From contig CAVTBR010000003.1 of assembly GCA_963733055.1 (NCBI GenBank), positions 564,729 to 588,728 on the forward strand: a DNA stretch of 24,000 bases, in the 5' to 3' direction. This document shows positions 9,200-16,845 of the stretch, piece after piece; the first letter of the stretch is position 1, and every line of letters begins with the position of its first letter. The stretch is from Candidatus Bathyarchaeota archaeon. GTDB lineage: Archaea > Thermoproteota > Bathyarchaeia > 40CM-2-53-6. A program made the position numbers and the translations under genes. The notes under the pieces are model-generated. The model made no database searches and was not told where the DNA came from. It saw only the letters and a list, made by a program, of their open reading frames with translations.

Positions 9200-9745
9200 T
9201 TGTCAACGGGTCCAATCGCCGAAGTCAGAAATGTGCTCAAGGCCAACCCTGTCGCGAGGGTCGTGCTGCTTATCGTGATATTGTTTGGCATAACATTGGG
9301 GTCCGTGGGAGCGATGCGAGTTGCTCTTCACACCGACTCTCCATTGATGGTTGTATCTTCGGGCAGCATGATTCCCACACTGAATGTTGGCGATATTATC
9401 ATCGTTAGGGGTACGGACCCGAGCACTGTTACTGTCGGAACGATCATCATTTTCCACAGCCCTTACGATTACCAGACGCCAATCGTGCACAGGGTCATCG
9501 CTGTCGACAACGAAGGCGGAATGATATTTTTCCAAACTAAGGGCGACAACAATGGCGTTGCCGACGGATGGAAGGTGCCCGGCGCGAACCTGATAGGGGT
9601 TTACATCACTAAGATACCCTACGTCGGGCTGCTCAGCCTTGAACTACGAGGCCCACTAGGGTGGATACTAATCGTATTGCTCGTGTTTTTGATCATCGCG
9701 ATGGAATATGATGAGTCAAAGAAATCGCAAAAACGCAAGCGTTAG
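9200..9745 (+). CDS. signal peptidase I, archaeal/Sec11 type
   Basis: N-terminal TM segment, 'SSGSMIPTLNVGDIIIV' (Ser nucleophile box), 'IVHRVIAV' (general-base His), 'TKGDNN' box and a C-terminal TM segment. The start is TTG and an internal GTG at about 9230 is an alternative. Confidence 0.85.
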   Translation: MSTGPIAEVRNVLKANPVARVVLLIVILFGITLGSVGAMRVALHTDSPLMVVSSGSMIPTLNVGDIIIVRGTDPSTVTVGTIIIFHSPYDYQTPIVHRVIAVDNEGGMIFFQTKGDNNGVADGWKVPGANLIGVYITKIPYVGLLSLELRGPLGWILIVLLVFLIIAMEYDESKKSQKRKR

Positions 9746-9770
9746 CCCGGAAATAATGAACTCAATTGGG

Positions 9771-10043
9771 CTAGTCGCCTGTGGTCATGAGTTCGCCTAC
9801 GATAGCAGTGTGAGTTCGTAAAACACCTTCGATCGTCTGTATCTGAGACCTAACGGTTCCAGTAAGGTTGTTAATGTCGGATCCTTCAACGAAGGCGATG
9901 ATATCAAACATGCCCGTCACAGGATGGGCGGTCTTTACTCCCTCAACTTTGGAAATTCTCTCAGTGATCGCCCGAGATTTTCCGGGTGCAATCTTGATGA
10001 GAACATAAGCTCCGATCTTCCGCTTGTCTGCCAACACGACCAC
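9771..10043 (-). CDS. stand-alone Lrp/AsnC ligand-binding (RAM) domain protein with no HTH
   Basis: 'AYVLIKIAPGKSRAITERISKVEGVKTAHPVTGMFDIIAFVEGSDINNL...IQTIEGVLRTHTAIV' follows the AsnC_trans_reg domain pattern. At 90 aa there is no room for a DNA-binding domain. Confidence 0.75.
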   Translation of the reverse strand: MVVLADKRKIGAYVLIKIAPGKSRAITERISKVEGVKTAHPVTGMFDIIAFVEGSDINNLTGTVRSQIQTIEGVLRTHTAIVGELMTTGD

Positions 10044-10150
10044 GAACGTGTAATTGTTCCCAGCTTGCTATTCTTAGTTGCGCTTAACGGCCGGTTGGGT
10101 TAGAATGAGGCAACTGTTCGCGCCGGTCGCGCTACCGACGGCTCATTCTT

Positions 10151-10732
10151 TCAGGCTGGTTGTTCGTAGGCTATGAGGGCTTTCTCTTCGAGGGTCCCTT
10201 GCAGTTTTGCTACAGCCCTGTGTACTTCAGTTTCTTTCTTGGCGCCTGTACAAACGAGTTTTCCGCTAGCGAACAACAGAATAACCACTTTCGGGTCGTC
10301 CATTCGGTAAATCAGGCCAGGAAACTGTTCGGGTTCGTACATTGTGCGTTTGAGTGAATAGGTTGACTTCTCGAGGTCAATTGCGCCTCCAAGCCCGGCC
10401 GAGGCGACTATGTTCTGAATCATGATCTCAGGCTTTCCCAAGATCACAATCCCGTTTCTCTTCAGCTCGTCAACAACTTTCATAACCGCCTTCCTAGCCT
10501 GCCGCTCAGACTTGGCTCCGGTGCATACCATCTTTCCCGAACTGAAGATCAACGTCGCAGTCTTCGGCTTCTTCAGCCGGTAGACTAGGCCTGGAAATTG
10601 CTCGGGACGGTATTCAACGCCCGGGAATACTCGAACGATAGAGTTTAGGTCAATGTTCTGATGGAGAGTTGCAGATGCGACAACGTTTTCGATGTTGATG
10701 AAAGCTTTCTTGACTATTGGCAGGCTCTCCAC
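10151..10732 (-). CDS. tbp: TATA-box binding protein
   Basis: Two direct TBP repeats are present: 'IENVVASATL...EQFPGLVYRLKKPKTATLIFSSGKMVCTGAKSE' and 'IQNIVASAGL...EQFPGLIYRMDDPKVVILLFASGKLVCTGAKKE'. The start is GTG. Confidence 0.95.
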   Translation of the reverse strand: MESLPIVKKAFINIENVVASATLHQNIDLNSIVRVFPGVEYRPEQFPGLVYRLKKPKTATLIFSSGKMVCTGAKSERQARKAVMKVVDELKRNGIVILGKPEIMIQNIVASAGLGGAIDLEKSTYSLKRTMYEPEQFPGLIYRMDDPKVVILLFASGKLVCTGAKKETEVHRAVAKLQGTLEEKALIAYEQPA

Positions 10733-10774
10733 CTTATATAAAGCGGGCTTGACAAAATCGTAAATCGGCCTCCA

Positions 10775-10783
10775 TATATAAGG
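10775..10783 (-). promoter_or_regulatory. putative TATA box with an upstream A-rich BRE for tbp (minus strand reads AAAAAGGCCTTATATATGG)
   Basis: The TATA-like element is centred about 47 nt upstream of the GTG start. It forms a perfect 9-nt inverted repeat with 10732-10740. Confidence 0.4.
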
Positions 10784-10878
10784 CCTTTTTAAGCGCCAGC
10801 ACGCGAGGCACTGTTCGGACTAATGCGCTTTTAGTTTCGCGTTTCGGTGGTGGCGCTTTCAGTGGGTTTCGCGAAAGG

Positions 10879-11172
10879 CTAGGCGATTTGACGGGTGTCT
10901 TTCGGTTTTGATGGAGCCTGTTGCTGACCAAAAACGGATTTTGGAACTTTTACGGTCTTGCCGACTGGCGTTTTGATAGCGATGTTGAAGTTGATGTTTG
11001 TATGGTACTTAGGTACACCGCCAGCGCCAGCACTTTTGTCATCCTTCGCTTTCAGAATTTCGACATTAAGCGTGATTTTCATTTCGGTTCCGTCATCTAG
11101 TCTTACGAGAACGAAATCTGGACCGACAAATCTGTGACCTTCCACTATTGCATCTACAAACTCATCGCTCAA
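10879..11172 (-). CDS. hypothetical small protein (97 aa, TTG start)
   Basis: Clean ORF with GAGGG about 12 nt upstream and no recognisable motif. Confidence 0.45.
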   Translation of the reverse strand: MSDEFVDAIVEGHRFVGPDFVLVRLDDGTEMKITLNVEILKAKDDKSAGAGGVPKYHTNINFNIAIKTPVGKTVKVPKSVFGQQQAPSKPKDTRQIA

Positions 11173-11428
11173 ACGAAAATTTCCCTCAGTTTTCCAGTCG
11201 TCAGGCAGAGCTAAAAAGCTTGGCGATTTGGTTACTGGACAGCGGAATCATTAGCACTTTGCTGAATGAGTTGCTCCATCAATTGCAATTCAACTGTAGG
11301 TCCAATCCAACATGTTACGCATGAGACAAACAGGCAGGCGCTGTGTGTTCTGTCCGGTTTTAGACCAGTTTGATAGAATCGACGTTGGGTAGAAGGATTA
11401 TTCGTATTCAAGCAGAGTGTGTGTGTTC

Positions 11429-12264
11429 ATGGATTTTTCGGATCAGATGATCATTGATTCTTTGCCACGCACATATCACGTGCATGTACCGCCCGCTGGC
11501 TCTAGAGCTCCGAGTTGGCTGTTGTTGGTGTTTCATGGAGGCGGTGGGAGGGGAAGAGGTATGAATTGGCTTACACACTTCAACTCCATTGCGGACCGTG
11601 AACAGTTTGTCGTAGCCTACCCGGACGGGTGGAAGAGACACTGGACAAATAGTGATGAATCACGAGGCGTTGGAGACGAACTTCCTGACGATTTGCAGTT
11701 TCTATCCCAGTTGATCGACAAACTCGTTACAAACCATAATCTCGACTCGAACAAGCTGTACGCGGCGGGAATCTCGAATGGTGGTTTCTTCGCCCAACGG
11801 CTTGTTTTGGAGAACGTCGGGAAAGTTAGGGCGATAGCCACGGTTGCTGCCACGATGCCTGAACCCCTGTCCAAGGTGAAAGAAATTGATTACCCGACAC
11901 CCGTCATGATAATTCATGGAACGGAGGATCCACTCGTCCCATTTGAGGGAGGCCACGTGAAGGCTGGAGCGAGAGGAGCGATACTCTCAGCTCGTGACTC
12001 GGCGTCAAAGTGGGCGGAGTTGAACGAGTGCGACGCTAACCCCGAGATCACTGATCTTCCAAACATTGTCGAGGACTCGACGCACGTGCGGGTGGAAAGA
12101 TATGGCGGGTGTAAGGCTGGAGTGGAAGTTCTGTGTATGTCATCGAGGGTGGCGGCCACACGTGGCCTGGTGGTGCTCAATACTTTCCTGAACGGACAAT
12201 CGGAAGAACTACTCACAACCTAAACGCGAGCGAAGAGATAGTAGATTTCTTCAAAAGACATTAG
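11429..12264 (+). pseudogene. PHB-depolymerase/LpqC-type (COG3509, CE1-like) alpha/beta-hydrolase esterase, frameshifted near 12131-12136
   Basis: 'LLLVFHGGGG' (oxyanion region), 'LYAAGISNGGFFA' (GxSxG nucleophile) and 'MIIHGTEDPLVPF' (acid residue) lie in the annotated frame. The family's C-terminus 'YVIEGGGHTWPGGAQYFPERTIGRTTHNLNASEEIVDFFKRH*', which carries the catalytic His, reads in the -1 frame from 12136 to the TAG at 12262-12264. The annotated frame instead yields an unrelated tail, 'LCMSSRVAATRGLVVLNTFLNGQSEELLTT*'. Confidence 0.75.
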
Positions 12265-12274
12265 GCTCGTCGAC

Positions 12275-12973
12275 CTAAATGGACATGAGTGCTATCCCGA
12301 CTTCCACCCAACCCACTGCCGAATGAGTGGTCGCTGGAAAGTTTGTGGTTGAAGCGATGTTCGATATAGAGTACTGAGCGTGCGTAACTCCTATGCCAGA
12401 GTTTTCCTCGCTGGGGGCAAAACCCGTGCCGGCCGTGACGTTTCCCCCGGAACTATTCGTTGCTATGATTCCAAGTAGAAAGGCGCCGGGCTGAATGGCG
12501 ACTGGAGACGAAGTTGAGATTGACGTGCCAAGGCCGAAGCCAGTAGCCGTGGCCGCCCCTGTAGTTCTCACACCCGAAACCTCGTATACGTAGATACTCT
12601 CTGCCGGCGCGGCAGCGCTAAACGTCGCCGTGACTACGTCCGGGCCACTCGAAGAAGCGTTGGCGTAGAAAATGTAAACGGTCGGCGGAGGATCGTCATT
12701 TGACACTACGGCTTGAGTGAATGATAATCTCAGGGAATCTGTGAGGGAACTTAGCGTGAAAGAAGCATCCGCAATCACCACACCTACCACTATCACATCT
12801 CCACTAGCAACATTGTTTGTGAAGGAGACTGAGAGTCTACTTGAGCAACTGGAGCACTCAACATTGTTCTGTTGGACAAGTGCCGACGCGGCGTGAACAG
12901 GCAAGAGCCCAACGGTTAGCAGAAGCGTCGCTATGACGACACTCAGCATGAAAGGAATCCGGTTCCTAAGCAT
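12275..12973 (-). CDS. secreted hypothetical protein (232 aa), beta-rich, no membrane anchor
   Basis: Signal peptide 'MLRNRIPFMLSVVIATLLLTVGLLPVHA|AS'. The mature part is Ser/Thr/Gly/Ala/Val-rich with N-x-S/T sequons (NAS, NSS, NVT). It shares strand and neighbourhood with the other surface-protein genes. Confidence 0.65.
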   Translation of the reverse strand: MLRNRIPFMLSVVIATLLLTVGLLPVHAASALVQQNNVECSSCSSRLSVSFTNNVASGDVIVVGVVIADASFTLSSLTDSLRLSFTQAVVSNDDPPPTVYIFYANASSSGPDVVTATFSAAAPAESIYVYEVSGVRTTGAATATGFGLGTSISTSSPVAIQPGAFLLGIIATNSSGGNVTAGTGFAPSEENSGIGVTHAQYSISNIASTTNFPATTHSAVGWVEVGIALMSI

Positions 12974-13213
12974 GACCTACGCTTCTCGAACCGAAAAGGG
13001 TCTTGCGAACGCAAATTACTTTCTTGCCTCACGAGAATAAATCCCGTCTATCCCTCACACGTCAATAGAACATTCCTGCAACAAATATCTCTCCCTGCGT
13101 TCGAACAAATCATTGAATCTAGATTATGGCCCGTGTATACGATTAGGGCTAAACAAGGGGCCGATCCGACGATTGGGATGTTCTAGTGCTTTGGAGCGCG
13201 GTTAAGTGAATTT

Positions 13214-13768
13214 TCAGTTGGCAGTTCGGCGGCTCTTAGCGTACTTGACCATGGCTAGTGTGGCTAGGAGTGCGCCTAGTAGTGGGATGGCTAGGGTGGG
13301 GTATTCTGGGACGGGGGTCGGCCAGTTCACTGTGGCAGTTGCGTAACCCGGGTTGCCCCCGCTATTGTCGTAGACTACGACGGTGACCGTGTATGATTGT
13401 TGGAATGGAGGCTGGTAGGAATGGTACCGCACCTCGCTTACCACACTTTGGCAACAGTAGGGAACGCGAAGCATCGGGGTGCCGTCGCCGAATATCCAAT
13501 CCAACTCAGTTATCGTGAAACCTGACGAGGCCTTGGCGCTAACCCCGAATGCGTAAGCCTGAGGCGAACTGCTGTCCAGCTGAATGGAATTGAAGCTCAC
13601 CGTTGGTGGCCCGCCGGTCGTAACCAAATAGCTAGACGTGGTCGTCATAGTGAAGGATAACGTGGCGGACTGCTCCGGCGAGTTCATGGCGGAGGCCGCG
13701 GAGAGGCTTAGCATGCCTAGAACCGCTGCCAGCACCATGCACCCGACGACCAAGGAGCGTTTGCGCAA
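13214..13768 (-). CDS. membrane-anchored surface protein with one PKD-like domain
   Basis: Signal peptide 'MRKRSLVVGCMVLAAVLGMLSLSAASA'. PKD hallmark 'WIFGDGT...YTVTVVVYDNSGG...ATATVNW'. C-terminal 'PEYP-TLAIPLLGALLATLAMV-KYAKSRR' gives a motif, a TM helix and a basic tail. Confidence 0.75.
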   Translation of the reverse strand: MRKRSLVVGCMVLAAVLGMLSLSAASAMNSPEQSATLSFTMTTTSSYLVTTGGPPTVSFNSIQLDSSSPQAYAFGVSAKASSGFTITELDWIFGDGTPMLRVPYCCQSVVSEVRYHSYQPPFQQSYTVTVVVYDNSGGNPGYATATVNWPTPVPEYPTLAIPLLGALLATLAMVKYAKSRRTAN

Positions 13769-13968
13769 ATCGAATCTGAGGAAGTGCGGGAAACATTGAA
13801 GATAAACCTAACCAGGGCTGCACTCAAACATGTGTCATTTTCCAGTCGCTCACAAAAGAATAGTTAACAATGCGCTGTTTCGAGTCAACAATCGCCCTGC
13901 CTAGAAATCGTCGCTCGAAAGAAGTTTACAAGGAAACTTCAATATTCTGATTGAGTTCAGAAGGAGAC

Positions 13969-13990
13969 GGCAGGATGACGAAATCCTGCC
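13969..13990 (-). terminator. perfect 8-bp stem / 6-nt loop hairpin, 2 nt downstream of the stop of the 867-aa gene
   Basis: ggcaggat-gacgaa-atcctgcc. There is no adjacent long T-tract, so a terminator role is only plausible and an RNA-stability element is an alternative. Confidence 0.35.
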
Positions 13991-13992
13991 TG

Positions 13993-16596
13993 CTACCTCT
14001 TCCGTCGCCTAACTATCGCCAAAGCAGCCATCCCAACGATTGCGCCCACGATAATCGACTCCCACGGAAAGCCGGGGACTGCGGGCATAACTAATGGGGT
14101 TGAAACTGAACTAGTGCTCGAAGTGCTTGTCGTCGGAGTGCTCGTGACTGTCACAGTAGACGCGGCTGCGGTTGTCGACGCGGTTGAACTCGTCATGACT
14201 TCAGAGGTAGTCGACGTGCTGGACGATGTCGAGATTTCGCTTGACGAAGTAGTTGTCGCGGCTGTTGAACTTGCGCTCGAACTCGTCGAGTTTGTGGTAG
14301 TGGCTTGCTGTCCCACAACCGGCGGGTTTTGTGGGTCGAGGTGAATGATGCCCGATAGGGTTCCGCCAGTTACAGGTCGTCCAACTGCCCACCCATCTTC
14401 GGGGCCAGTCAGGTAGACGGAACGCAAAGACATGCCCGGCGTTACGCTTCCGGCCAGTATGGGCGGAACTAGGGGCGTGTAGACCCAAGCAACGCCATCC
14501 CAGTGAGCAAACACAACATTTCCAGGTGAAGACTGATCATCGCCGACGACCCATCCATCACCGTTTCCTGATCCTGTGCCGAAGGTATCAACAAAGACAG
14601 ATGTTAGATTAGCAGTGGCTATACCTGTAACCTGTCCGGTTCCACCGCTCCAAGTATTTCCTCCGTCGGTTGTTTGAACGATGGTGGATGAGGATCCGAC
14701 AATCCAGCCGTGAGTAGAATCTTTGAAGTAGACACCATTCAAATTGCTAGAGCCAACCTGTGGAATCGCATGTGCAGTCCAAACCGGGACACCGCCAGTT
14801 ATGGTCAGCACTAGAACGGTACCGGTGTTTCCGACCGCCCATCCAGCAGGTGTGCCAGAGGGGGCGCCTTGATTGTTGATGAAAACACCATTCAGATTGT
14901 TCAGTGTTGGCTGTGAAAATAGAGTCCAGCTACCGGATTGATGCCTCCAAATCTCACCGTGTAATCCAACTGCCCATCCATCTCCTCCAGTTCCTCCGCT
15001 CAACATGAAAACTGATCGCGGTTCACAAGGATTGCTGGCACCACATCCCGCAATCGGTTGACCGTTCCAGCTTTGGCCGTTCCACAACAAAGCCTCGGGT
15101 CCAGTGTGCGTACTATTACCGCCCATAGCCCATCCTTCCCCAGAGCTGAGCATGTAGATCGTCCAAATGTCGGGATGGATCGTCTGGCTGGGTGCGGCAT
15201 TCGCCCGGTGCCACTTGATACCATCCCAGTGGATCAGTGAACAACAATCATTACTTGCATTGTATAGCCCACCCGCCCAAGCATCGCTCGAGCCTAACTC
15301 CCAAACGGCGTTGAGTTGAGTACTGTCCAAAACGTTGGTGCTACCGCCCCAACACGGCTGGGGTACTGCGGAACCGCATCCTGAATTACCTGTTTGCAAG
15401 ATAACTCCGTTAGCACCCGATGCCCATCCATTACCGCTGCTTGGGAAGCTGGCGCTGAATAATCCAGTCCCCACATTTCCGTGGCCGTCTCCAACCGCAG
15501 TTTGCAACGGAGTTGTGAGGGTTAACCAGCTGTTGCTTCCTCCCAGTGTCGTTGAGTGAAGTATGGTGCCGTTAGAGCCTACGATCCATCCTTCGCTTGT
15601 ACTCACCAATTGAACGGAATACAAATCTCGGGATGTACCCGCAGGCGTCACTGGGCCCGCCCAGATACCTGTGGCGAAGTGCCAGACTTGTCCGCCGCGA
15701 CCAACAGCCCACGCATCGATCGGGTTTGTTTGATCAACAAAGATGCCAAGTAAACTGTTTGCTGCACCGCCAATTGAAGTGGCCGTCCAAGTGTTTCCTC
15801 CACTGAATAGCCTCGCCACGACCCCGCCCTCACCGACTGCGAATCCTTCTAGGTTCCCCGCTCCGTCTTGGAACATGTAGACACTGTTGTAACGCGTCGT
15901 AGGAACTCCGACCACCTTTTGTTCTATCCATCCACCGCTGGTCTTTGGATCCCCACTGAAAGCCCAAATTGACCCTTGATTTGTAGCATTAGTGCCGACG
16001 GCATACGTTAATCCCGAAACGAAAGCCGATCCGCTTGGGCATCCTGTTGAGTAGGCTGGAGAATGACAGACCATGAAGACTGAAGTTAGGTTCTTTGCGT
16101 CCGAAAGACCCGTGTCTTGCACCGTCAGTGCTGCCCCATCCCAGTAAAGCGCAATCCCTCCTGCTGAGCCGGAAGGATGAACTGAAGAATTGGAGTTTCC
16201 TACGATCCATCCGTCAGAGCCGTCACCATTTGGACTACAGAGTCCAACTCCCGGTGCACCGGAGTTCGTGCAGAAGTTTACGGAATTGTAAGTGGCATTA
16301 GGGAGCGGGGAAGCGATGATAGGCCATGAGAACCCGTCATAGTGAGCGAGAACAGGTTGCTGGGTGTTGCTGATGTTATCTCCGCCTACGGCCCAACCGT
16401 CTCCTGCTCCGATCGAGCCTGAGCCTCCATTTCGAACGTATATTCCTCGCAAAGATCCCTTTGGATCGGCGGTGTATTGGGTAGGGTTGATGTCCCGCCA
16501 TCGCCCGAAGGTTATTGCGGCTTGAATTGGGGCTGCGCTAAGAATCACCAACATGACTACGACGATCGAAGCTGTCCACAAGAGACGGTTCTTCAT
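13993..16596 (-). CDS. cell-surface protein with 14 Ycf48/BNR-like beta-propeller blades, a Ser/Thr-rich stalk and a PGF-CTERM archaeosortase signal
   Basis: Signal peptide 'MKNRLLWTASIVVVMLVILSAAPIQA'. There are 14 blade signatures (GDGWAVG, SDGWIVG, YAVG, EGFAVG, DAWAVG, EGWIVG, NGWASG, DAWAGG, EGWAMG, DGWAVG, AGWAVG, HGWIVG, DGWVVG, DGWAVG), and one carries a canonical Asp-box, 'TTDGGNTW'. A 76-aa S/T stalk follows. The C-terminus is 'PGFPWESIIVGAIVGMAALAIVRRRKR'. Confidence 0.85.
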   Translation of the reverse strand: MKNRLLWTASIVVVMLVILSAAPIQAAITFGRWRDINPTQYTADPKGSLRGIYVRNGGSGSIGAGDGWAVGGDNISNTQQPVLAHYDGFSWPIIASPLPNATYNSVNFCTNSGAPGVGLCSPNGDGSDGWIVGNSNSSVHPSGSAGGIALYWDGAALTVQDTGLSDAKNLTSVFMVCHSPAYSTGCPSGSAFVSGLTYAVGTNATNQGSIWAFSGDPKTSGGWIEQKVVGVPTTRYNSVYMFQDGAGNLEGFAVGEGGVVARLFSGGNTWTATSIGGAANSLLGIFVDQTNPIDAWAVGRGGQVWHFATGIWAGPVTPAGTSRDLYSVQLVSTSEGWIVGSNGTILHSTTLGGSNSWLTLTTPLQTAVGDGHGNVGTGLFSASFPSSGNGWASGANGVILQTGNSGCGSAVPQPCWGGSTNVLDSTQLNAVWELGSSDAWAGGLYNASNDCCSLIHWDGIKWHRANAAPSQTIHPDIWTIYMLSSGEGWAMGGNSTHTGPEALLWNGQSWNGQPIAGCGASNPCEPRSVFMLSGGTGGDGWAVGLHGEIWRHQSGSWTLFSQPTLNNLNGVFINNQGAPSGTPAGWAVGNTGTVLVLTITGGVPVWTAHAIPQVGSSNLNGVYFKDSTHGWIVGSSSTIVQTTDGGNTWSGGTGQVTGIATANLTSVFVDTFGTGSGNGDGWVVGDDQSSPGNVVFAHWDGVAWVYTPLVPPILAGSVTPGMSLRSVYLTGPEDGWAVGRPVTGGTLSGIIHLDPQNPPVVGQQATTTNSTSSSASSTAATTTSSSEISTSSSTSTTSEVMTSSTASTTAAASTVTVTSTPTTSTSSTSSVSTPLVMPAVPGFPWESIIVGAIVGMAALAIVRRRKR
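13996..14076 (-). other. PGF-CTERM sorting signal (PGF motif, TM helix, Arg-rich tail)
   Basis: Codons CCC-GGC-TTT (PGF) lie at 14076-14068 on the minus strand, followed by 'PWESIIVGAIVGMAALAIV' and 'RRRKR' before the stop. Confidence 0.8.
14077..14304 (-). repeat. low-complexity Ser/Thr/Ala-rich stalk-coding region (76 aa)
   Basis: 'ATTTNSTSSSASSTAATTTSSSEISTSSSTSTTSEVMTSSTASTTAAASTVTVTSTPTTSTSSTSSVSTPLVMPAV'. This bias creates the spurious Val/Glu/Asp-rich antisense ORF 14114..14344. Confidence 0.8.
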
Positions 16597-16628
16597 GCCT
16601 AATCGCTAATTCCTATTCCTTTCCGGTT

Positions 16629-16672
16629 CACATATAAGTGTTGTTTTGTGCAACACAAATACACTATATTGC
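16629..16672 (-). promoter_or_regulatory. promoter/operator region of the 867-aa gene: two TATA-like boxes embedded in nested inverted repeats
   Basis: The minus strand reads GCAATATAGTGT-ATTT-GTGTTG-CACAAAA-CAACAC-TTATATGTG. The proximal TATA is centred about 39 nt upstream of the ATG at 16596. GTGTTG/CAACAC forms a 6-bp palindrome (16638-43 / 16651-56), flanked by ATATAAGTGT and ACACTATAT. Confidence 0.4.
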
Positions 16673-16810
16673 TCATTTCTCCAGCTCCTTAAGGTAACGC
16701 CTCACAGCCTCACGAATGACGAACGACCGCGAGGGAACCTTGTCCTTGTCGATCAAGTCGTCCATCTTGTCGAGGAGCTGTATGGGGAGGGTTGCGGTGA
16801 TGTTTGCCAT
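16673..16810 (-). CDS. ribbon-helix-helix (CopG/Arc/MetJ-type) DNA-binding protein, 45 aa; absent from the ORF track because it is shorter than 60 aa
   Basis: My own translation of the minus strand gives 'MANITATLPIQLLDKMDDLIDKDKVPSRSFVIREAVRRYLKELEK*'. This is the textbook RHH pattern: N-terminal beta-strand 'ITATLP', helix 1 'LLDKMDDLI', then 'SRSxxIReAvrxYL'. The ATG is at 16810-16808 and the TGA at 16675-16673. Confidence 0.7.
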   Translation of the reverse strand: MANITATLPIQLLDKMDDLIDKDKVPSRSFVIREAVRRYLKELEK

Positions 16811-16845
16811 TCTGGACCTGCGGTTGGACAATGAGAGCTGCTCCG

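Noticed and set aside
10734-10931. 65-aa minus-strand ORF between tbp and the 97-aa gene
   Set aside because: It covers the tbp TATA/BRE region and overlaps the 3' end of the upstream ORF. It is very basic and Pro-rich, so it is most likely non-coding promoter DNA.
14114-14344. Plus-strand ORF encoding a Val/Glu/Asp/Leu-rich 76-aa peptide
   Set aside because: It is the antisense reading of the Ser/Thr-rich stalk codons of the 867-aa gene and is an artefact of low-complexity codon bias.
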